64,000 bases of DNA, from the NCBI GenBank assembly GCA_963751455.1, contig CAVVUN010000008.1, positions 32,001-96,000 of the forward strand, read 5' to 3'. Position 1 is the first letter of the stretch. Every line of letters begins with the position of its first letter. This DNA comes from Nitrospirota bacterium. GTDB taxonomy: Bacteria; Nitrospirota; UBA9217. Position numbers and translations under genes: made by a program. This document shows positions 56,844-64,000 of the stretch, piece by piece. The notes beneath the pieces were generated by a model. That model did no database searches, was not told the origin of the DNA, and worked only from the letters and a program-made list of their open reading frames with translations.

Positions 56844-58276
56844 CGTCTCTTCTTGAGCATATCGAGGCGCTTCTTCAGGTTTCCGGGGGCGGTGCCGCCA
56901 TAGGACGTCCTTCTGCTCACGGAGGACTCGAGCGACAGCGCGTCGTAAACGTCCTCGCGGATGAGCGGCGACAGCTGCTTATATTCCACGAGAGGCATAT
57001 CCACAAGGCCGCACTGCAGCCCCGAAGCCCGCAACACCGCTCTGCCCACGACTTCGTGCGCCTCGCGAAAAGGCATGCCCTTCCTGACCAGATAATCGGC
57101 CAGGTCCGTTGCGGTAATGAACCCGTCCTCGGCCGCGCGGCGCATCACGTCCTTATGAATCGTGATGCTCCTGAGCATCTCGGAGAAAACCCGGAGGGCG
57201 CCCGAAACGGTATCGCAGGTGTCAAAGAGAGGCTCCTTGTCCTCCTGCATGTCGCGGTTGTACGCGAGGGGAAGACCTTTCATCAGCGTAAGAAGCGCAA
57301 CCAGACTGCCGTATACCCGCCCGCATTTGCCGCGGGTAAGCTCTGCCACGTCCGGGTTTTTTTTCTGCGGCATGATCGAGGAGCCGGTAGTAAATGCATC
57401 TGAGATCGTTATGAACCCGAACTCCGCGCTTGACCATATGACAAGCTCCTCGGACAAGCGCGACAGGTGCATCATAATCTGTGCGCACGCCGCCACAAAC
57501 TCAATCGCAAAATCCCTGTCAGATACGGCGTCCATGCTGTTTTCGCATAAACCGCTGAATCCCAGTTTTTTGGCTACGAATTTCCGATCGATAGGCAGAA
57601 CGGTACCCGCAAGCGCTCCCGCGCCGAGCGGCAGGAAATTGACCCGGCCAAAGCAGTCTTCCAGCCTCTCCCGGTCCCGTTCGAACATTTCGTAGTAGGC
57701 CAGCAGATGGTGCCCGAGAAGCACAGGCTGTGCCCGCTGAAGATGGGTATAACCCGGCAGGACGGCGTCCCGGTTCCGATCTGCCAGCTTCAGCAGTACC
57801 TTCTGGAGTTCCTTCAACAAATTGTGGATTTCGGCAATCTCGTCCCGGAGATACATCCGGACGTCGAGGGCCACCTGGTCGTTCCTGCTTCGCGCGGTAT
57901 GCAGTTTACCGCCGACCGGTCCGATCTTCTCGATCAGCCGGCTCTCGATATTCATGTGGATGTCCTCAAGTTCCACGCGGAATTGAAAAGTGCCCGCCGC
58001 GATCTCCTTCAGGATTTCTTCGAGGCCGCGCGCGATTTTCCGGGACTCTGTCTTTGTAATGATTCCCCGGTTGCCGAGCATGGTTGCGTGCACGATGCTG
58101 CCCGCGATGTCGTAGGGGTAAAGGCGCCAGTCGTAGCTTATCGACGCGGTGTATGCATCCGCCAGTTTACTGGTGGCTTCGGTGAAGCGGCCGGACCACG
58201 GCTTGACTGTCTTCGTCGGCTTCTTTACCGCAGGTGACTTTTTCGTTGTCGGTCTCTTTTTTGCCATTTTTTTCAT
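56840..58276 (-). CDS. argH: Argininosuccinate lyase
   Basis: WSGRF, RSRNDQ, GYTHLQRAQP, GSSIMPQKKNPD. Confidence 0.97.
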   Translation of the reverse strand: MKKMAKKRPTTKKSPAVKKPTKTVKPWSGRFTEATSKLADAYTASISYDWRLYPYDIAGSIVHATMLGNRGIITKTESRKIARGLEEILKEIAAGTFQFRVELEDIHMNIESRLIEKIGPVGGKLHTARSRNDQVALDVRMYLRDEIAEIHNLLKELQKVLLKLADRNRDAVLPGYTHLQRAQPVLLGHHLLAYYEMFERDRERLEDCFGRVNFLPLGAGALAGTVLPIDRKFVAKKLGFSGLCENSMDAVSDRDFAIEFVAACAQIMMHLSRLSEELVIWSSAEFGFITISDAFTTGSSIMPQKKNPDVAELTRGKCGRVYGSLVALLTLMKGLPLAYNRDMQEDKEPLFDTCDTVSGALRVFSEMLRSITIHKDVMRRAAEDGFITATDLADYLVRKGMPFREAHEVVGRAVLRASGLQCGLVDMPLVEYKQLSPLIREDVYDALSLESSVSRRTSYGGTAPGNLKKRLDMLKKRR

Positions 58277-58349
58277 TAAATCCCAATCTCAAGCGATAAG
58301 CTCTTCAATATCATTAACGAGTTGTTGGAAATTATTTGAAATGTGATTG

Positions 58350-59561
<1,212 letters not shown>

Positions 59562-59582
59562 TAAATTAAATCTCCGATATCC

Positions 59583-59645
59583 GGACGCGGATTTCACAGA
59601 AGAAAAAACAAATATCTATCTGCTTTTTCAGATTTTATCGTGTCC
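59583..59645. repeat. Degenerate intergenic palindrome of the same family
   Basis: GGACGCGGATTTCACAGA ... ATCTGCTTTTTCAGATTTTATCGTGTCC. Confidence 0.55.
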
Positions 59646-59656
59646 AAAAAGGAACT

Positions 59657-60250
59657 TTATTTCCCTTCGACGATCTTTACCTTCATCTCGATCCGTTCGT
59701 TCGGATTGTCGTTCGGGTCTCTCGGCTGGGACACTATTTTGTCAGCTACTTCCATGCCGCTCTCCACTTCTCCAAATGCCGTGTATTGGCGGTTGAGAAA
59801 CGGCGCGTCTTTCACACAGATAAAGAACTGGGAACCGGCGCTGTCCGGGTTCTGGGACCGCGCCATGGAAAGCGTGCCGCGCTTGTGGGGCCGGTCGTTG
59901 AACTCGGCCTTGATAGTGTATCCCGGCCCTCCCATGCCATGCGTCCGTTTGTCCGCATTTTTTGAATTCGGGTCCCCGCCCTGGATCATAAATCCGGGAA
60001 TCACGCGGTGAAAGGTTGTTCCGTCGTAAAAACCCTTTTTTGCGAGGTCGACAAAATTCTTTACATGACCCGGCGCAACATCGGGGAAAAATTTAAGCGT
60101 GATAGAACCAAATTTGGTTTCGATGATTGCCTTCGTAGTCGACATTTTCTTGATCTCCTGTGGTTTCGATTTTTTTTTCGCAGCCTGCGCATGTCCCTGC
60201 AGCGCGCTCACCATGATAACGATAAAGAACAAAAAAAGAGCTTTTTTCAT
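59657..60250 (-). CDS. Exported cyclophilin-type peptidyl-prolyl isomerase
   Basis: FHRVIPGFMIQGGDP, SMAR, SAGSQFFI; signal peptide; GGAGG RBS at start 60250. Confidence 0.95.
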   Translation of the reverse strand: MKKALFLFFIVIMVSALQGHAQAAKKKSKPQEIKKMSTTKAIIETKFGSITLKFFPDVAPGHVKNFVDLAKKGFYDGTTFHRVIPGFMIQGGDPNSKNADKRTHGMGGPGYTIKAEFNDRPHKRGTLSMARSQNPDSAGSQFFICVKDAPFLNRQYTAFGEVESGMEVADKIVSQPRDPNDNPNERIEMKVKIVEGK

Positions 60251-60540
60251 AAAAACCTCCTTGCTGTGCTTGAAAGTTTCGGCAGAAAAAACAGAATTGT
60301 ACATTTTTACCAGAAAGACAGGGGGATGTCAAACAAAACATAGGTTTGCACATCAAAAACAGGTTGTCCGATTCATTTCGGTCGGTGGTCGGTCCTCTTC
60401 ACGGGGTATGTGTACCTCCATGGGCGCGTGGTCCTAAATCCGTATGCTATACTGTTATCAGAATCGAGAAGGGCCGGCTGACGTCCAGGCCGGTACTAAC
60501 CTGCTTTTATAAATCAAACCAGCGAGTGAAAGGAGAGTGT

Positions 60541-60966
60541 ATGGTACAGAAGGCCAGCACGGCATTGACGGACATGATGAACAAGGCTATTGCGAGGGAA
60601 ATCCAGGTAAGCGTGCAGTACATGTGGCAACACGTAATGGCAAAGGGGCTGGAATCCGCAGAGATCGCGGATGTGTTCAAGGACACAGCCATCACAGAAA
60701 TGAAACACGCGGAAAAGATCGCCGAGCGGCTCTTCTATTTCGACGTTGTACCGACAACCAAGCCCGACCCGATCTCCACAGGGGGATCCGTAAAGGAAAT
60801 GCTCCAGATAGACGCAAAGGCCGAGGAAGAGGCTATCGATCTGTATAAAACGATCGTCAAACAGGCGCAATCCGAGGGAGACTCGACCACCCGGTTGCTT
60901 TTCGAACAGATCCTGTCGCAGGAGGAAGACCACCACGACACGTTCACGACTCTTCTCGGGAAATAA
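60541..60966 (+). CDS. Ferritin-like / bacterioferritin-related protein
   Basis: E..VQY, EMKHAE, EEEAIDLY, EEDHH di-iron ligands; AAGGAG RBS before ATG 60541. Confidence 0.9.
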   Translation: MVQKASTALTDMMNKAIAREIQVSVQYMWQHVMAKGLESAEIADVFKDTAITEMKHAEKIAERLFYFDVVPTTKPDPISTGGSVKEMLQIDAKAEEEAIDLYKTIVKQAQSEGDSTTRLLFEQILSQEEDHHDTFTTLLGK

Positions 60967-60986
60967 GCTTACCGTATTTTAAATGC

Positions 60987-61018
60987 AAAAGCCGAGGCAT
61001 TACGCCTCGGCTTTTTTT
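60987..61018 (+). terminator. Intrinsic terminator after the ferritin-like gene
   Basis: AAAAGCCGAGGC-ATTAC-GCCTCGGCTTTTTTT. Confidence 0.85.
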
Positions 61019-61097
61019 GCCTCTTTTTTACGTCTTTTCTATAGTGTTTGTATTTTTCCGGCTGTGCCATCTCACAAACCTTCCAATCAGCAAAATC

Positions 61098-61127
61098 AAA
61101 AAGCCGGGCATTGAGCCCGGCTTTTTT
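61098..61127 (-). terminator. Intrinsic terminator after the tRNA pair
   Basis: AAAAAGCCGGGC-ATTGA-GCCCGGCTTTTT. Confidence 0.8.
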
Positions 61128-61174
61128 AACAACATGTCTCGTTATTTTTTGCTTTCCCGATTTTTCGAAATTAA

Positions 61175-61251
61175 TGGCGGGGCGGACGGGGCTCGAACCC
61201 GCGACCTCTAGCGTGACAGGCTAGCGTTCTAACCAGCTGAACTACCACCCC
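61175..61251 (-). tRNA. tRNA-Asp(GTC)
   Basis: GGGGTGGTAGTTCAGCTGGTTAGAACG...CTGTCAC...GGTTCGAGCCCC...CCA, 77 nt cloverleaf. Confidence 0.96.
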
Positions 61252-61283
61252 ATTATGATTAACAAGCAGCTTGTTTTGTTTTA

Positions 61284-61359
61284 TGGTAGGCGGAACAGGG
61301 ATCGAACCTGTGACCCCAGCCTTGTAAGGGCTGTGCTCTCCCAGCTGAGCTATCCGCCC
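61284..61359 (-). tRNA. tRNA-Val(TAC)
   Basis: GGGCGGATAGCTCAGCTGGGAGAGC...CTTACAA...GGTTCGATCCC...CCA, 76 nt cloverleaf. Confidence 0.96.
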
Positions 61360-61481
61360 GATTCCTTGTTGAAAACGAAGTTTAAATATCTATTATTCAC
61401 TCTAAAAAGTCAAGCAAAATTATTTTTTTACCGGTTCATTGGCCCATGATGAGCGCTGTACGGCCATTTCAGTCTGCCGAA

Positions 61482-63377
61482 TCACTCCCTGAACGACATA
61501 GTTAGTTCATACATCCCGCCTTCCGCATGCTTCTCAATGATGAACCCGGCGTTTTCAAAGAGCTGGAGCATCTGCCTGTTATCCATCAAAACCTGCGCGG
61601 TGAAGCCGAGAAGGCCTCTTTTCTTTGCAAGATAGGTGATGTACTTCAAAAGCTCCCTGCCGATGCCCTTGCCCTGATGGTCGTCCCTCACAACAAACGC
61701 CACTTCGGCGGTATGGGCGGTTTTATCGATTATATACTGCGCCATTCCGACGATCGATTCCTTTTCTTCCTGCTGCAGTACAGCAAGGATCACCATCTCT
61801 TTGGTATAGTTGATGACTACGAACGGCTGGAGACGGTCGTGGTGCATGTCGGCGCGCATGGAGATAAAACGCCTGTACCGGGAAGCATTCGAGAGAGAAT
61901 AGAAAAAATCCTTGAGCATCGGTTCATCGGACAACTTCACCGGCCGCAGCAGAAGACCAAGGCCTGTCCGCGTCGTCCTGAACGCTTCCAGCTCTTCGGG
62001 ATACTGTCCCTGGACCCCAGGAATAAAAGCCTGGTCCCGGTAAATGAGGCCCTGCTTCCTTGCCTCGTCGATAAGCATCCCCCGAAAACGAGGGTCTGCG
62101 ATCGCGATAAGGTCCATGGCCCGCTCGCGGATATTTTTACCATGCAGATACGCAATGCCGTGCTCGGTCACGACATAGTGAATGTCTCCCCGGGACAGGG
62201 TCACCCCGGCGCCCTGCGTGAGATACGGCATGATGCGGGAAACTTTTCCGTTCTCGGCTGTGGACTGGAGAGCAAGAATGCTCTTACCCCCCTGAGAAAA
62301 AATGGCTCCCCGCATGAAATCGGCCTGCCCGCCGATGCCGCTGTAGAATTTTGTGCCTATGTTTTCGGCTGTCGCCTGCCCGGAAAGGTCGATCTCAAGG
62401 GCGCTGTTGATCGCGGTCATGTTTTTCTGCCGTGCAAGTACGGTGGGATTGTTGGTGTAGTTTACCGGCCGGAACTCGATTGCCGGATTGTCGTGGAGAA
62501 ATTCGTATGTCTCCCGCCTGCCCATGCAGAACGCGGCGACTGTCTTACCGCGGTTCAGTTCTTTTCTGCTATTGTCGATTACATGCTGTCTCATGAGGTC
62601 CACGATCCCGTCCGTAAGCAGTTCGGTATGGACACCGAGATGTTCCTTTCGGTTCAATTGGGCCAGGATCGCATTGGGGATGCTGCCGTACCCGACCTGG
62701 ATTGTGTCACCGTCCTGAACGATCCGTGCCACATACGTCCCGATCTTCCCGGCAATGTCGTCTGATACGGTATCATCATACTCGAGGAGCGGCTCGTCAT
62801 ACGGCAGGATGAAATCGACGTCTTTGATGTTGATGAAGGTGTCTCCGAGCACGCGCGGCATCTGGGCATTCACCTGTGCGATCACCAGCGACGCGTTCTC
62901 TGCCGCCGCTTTCACGATATCGACACTGATGCCGAGGCTCATGAAGCCGTAGTCGTCGGGTGGAGAAGTCTGGATGAAGGCAACGTCTACCGGCACAAGC
63001 TTCTTCTGAAAAAGGCCGGGGACCTGTGAGAGAAATACCGGGGTATAGTCGGCCAGACCCCGATTCACGGCCTCGCGCATGTTGTTCCCCACGAAGAAGG
63101 AGTTGTGCCTGAATACATCCCTGAATTTTGCATCCGCATACGGAGCAACCCCGAGGGTCCATACCTGGAGCAATTCAGTATCGAAAAAGGCCTTCGGATG
63201 CGACTGAACATAATTAATGAGGGCCTTCACGAGGCGCTGCGGCTCTCCGCACCCCGTGCCGATGAAGATCCTGTTTCCCGGATGAATATTGCTGAAAATC
63301 CTGTCTTCCGTAGGGAATTTCTCGGGATAGATTGACTTCATCGTCAACAGCTTTTTGTCAAGTTCCTGAATGGCCAC
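61482..63377 (-). CDS. Acetyl-CoA hydrolase/transferase family protein fused to a C-terminal GNAT domain
   Basis: QVGYGSIP, LGVHTE, SGIGGQADF, VVTEHG; GNAT AEVAFVVRDDHQGKGIG; start set to GTG 63377. Confidence 0.9.
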   Translation of the reverse strand: MAIQELDKKLLTMKSIYPEKFPTEDRIFSNIHPGNRIFIGTGCGEPQRLVKALINYVQSHPKAFFDTELLQVWTLGVAPYADAKFRDVFRHNSFFVGNNMREAVNRGLADYTPVFLSQVPGLFQKKLVPVDVAFIQTSPPDDYGFMSLGISVDIVKAAAENASLVIAQVNAQMPRVLGDTFINIKDVDFILPYDEPLLEYDDTVSDDIAGKIGTYVARIVQDGDTIQVGYGSIPNAILAQLNRKEHLGVHTELLTDGIVDLMRQHVIDNSRKELNRGKTVAAFCMGRRETYEFLHDNPAIEFRPVNYTNNPTVLARQKNMTAINSALEIDLSGQATAENIGTKFYSGIGGQADFMRGAIFSQGGKSILALQSTAENGKVSRIMPYLTQGAGVTLSRGDIHYVVTEHGIAYLHGKNIRERAMDLIAIADPRFRGMLIDEARKQGLIYRDQAFIPGVQGQYPEELEAFRTTRTGLGLLLRPVKLSDEPMLKDFFYSLSNASRYRRFISMRADMHHDRLQPFVVINYTKEMVILAVLQQEEKESIVGMAQYIIDKTAHTAEVAFVVRDDHQGKGIGRELLKYITYLAKKRGLLGFTAQVLMDNRQMLQLFENAGFIIEKHAEGGMYELTMSFRE

Positions 63378-63591
63378 AGACCCCCCCTGGGCATATAGCA
63401 TGATTATACCAGAAAGGTCCGCACCGCTCCCAAGGGAAGCCAACCTGTGCAACTCGTAACAATGCAGAGTACGCCGCATCCCCCAAAAATACCCCGGCCG
63501 GGTCATTGACGACCATGCCCCGCTGCTTATATGATTAGGCGAACAACATTGCTGCCTGTTATTCGTGTACAATTGAAAGGAGACGTAAACA

Positions 63592-63957
63592 ATGGAAACC
63601 GAACGGGTCAAATTCATAAAACATCAGGACAGAGACATTCTGTACCTGGACTTTTCGAATAGTAAAACCGACCAGGTTTTAAAAATCATAGAAGACGCCA
63701 AAGAAGTGATCCGGACGAAGCCGGAAAAGTCCATCCTCACCCTGACCGACGTAACGAATGCCCGGTTTAACGACGCAGTTGGTGAGAGCATGAAGCAGTT
63801 TGCCGCGCATAACAAACCGTACGTAAAGGCCGGCGCCGTCATTGGAATTACCGGCCTTAAGAAAATCATCTTCGGAGCCGTCATGGCCTTTTCGAAAAGA
63901 AATCTGGAATCGTTCGACGATATCGAAGAGGCGAAGCGCTGGCTGGTCGGCAATTAA
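63592..63957 (+). CDS. Small STAS/SpoIIAA-like hypothetical protein
   Basis: AAAGGAG RBS; ILYLDFS, LTDVT, FDDIEEAKRWL C-terminal motif. Confidence 0.7.
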   Translation: METERVKFIKHQDRDILYLDFSNSKTDQVLKIIEDAKEVIRTKPEKSILTLTDVTNARFNDAVGESMKQFAAHNKPYVKAGAVIGITGLKKIIFGAVMAFSKRNLESFDDIEEAKRWLVGN

Positions 63958-64000
63958 TCGGCAACCGCTGGTTCTATCATGCTCACATATCTGTATACTA

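Noticed and set aside
61175-61359. tRNA pair as an island integration site
   Set aside because: No duplicated tRNA 3' end or integrase nearby; flanks are ordinary genes and terminators
61527-62765. 412-aa antisense ORF
   Set aside because: Shadow of the acetyl-CoA hydrolase/GNAT gene; no recognisable motifs

Overview
Bacterial chromosomal segment; gene set and style suggest a Nitrospirota/Desulfobacterota-like organism (inference only). The housekeeping backbone has mreBCD-mrdA-rodA, a radical SAM fusion, rng, panC, folK, a DapL-type lysine cluster (dapL, dapB, dapA, dapF, lysA), argH, argG, and tRNA-Val and tRNA-Asp. Two integrase-free defence islands interrupt it. Island 1 (~5.5-19.1 kb, all minus strand) carries, in order: a RelE-like/SF1 helicase/ankyrin fusion; a displaced, almost purely synonymous second copy of the 3' end of the neighbouring THUMP methyltransferase gene; a 2TM-GAF-like protein with a small partner; and a type I RM operon whose HsdM has a long coiled-coil insert, continuing into an M48-like protein, a HipA-like kinase and a HipS-like/HIRAN protein. 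Island 2 (~35.0-46.7 kb) carries a HigB/HigA/SecB toxin-antitoxin-chaperone module facing a Druantia type II-like operon with a membrane-anchored first subunit, a C5 methylase, Vsr and an extra small gene. Backbone intergenic gaps contain a recurring family of imperfect palindromes built from 7-10 nt sub-repeats, plus one MITE-like element. All calls come from reading motifs by eye; no database searches were run.
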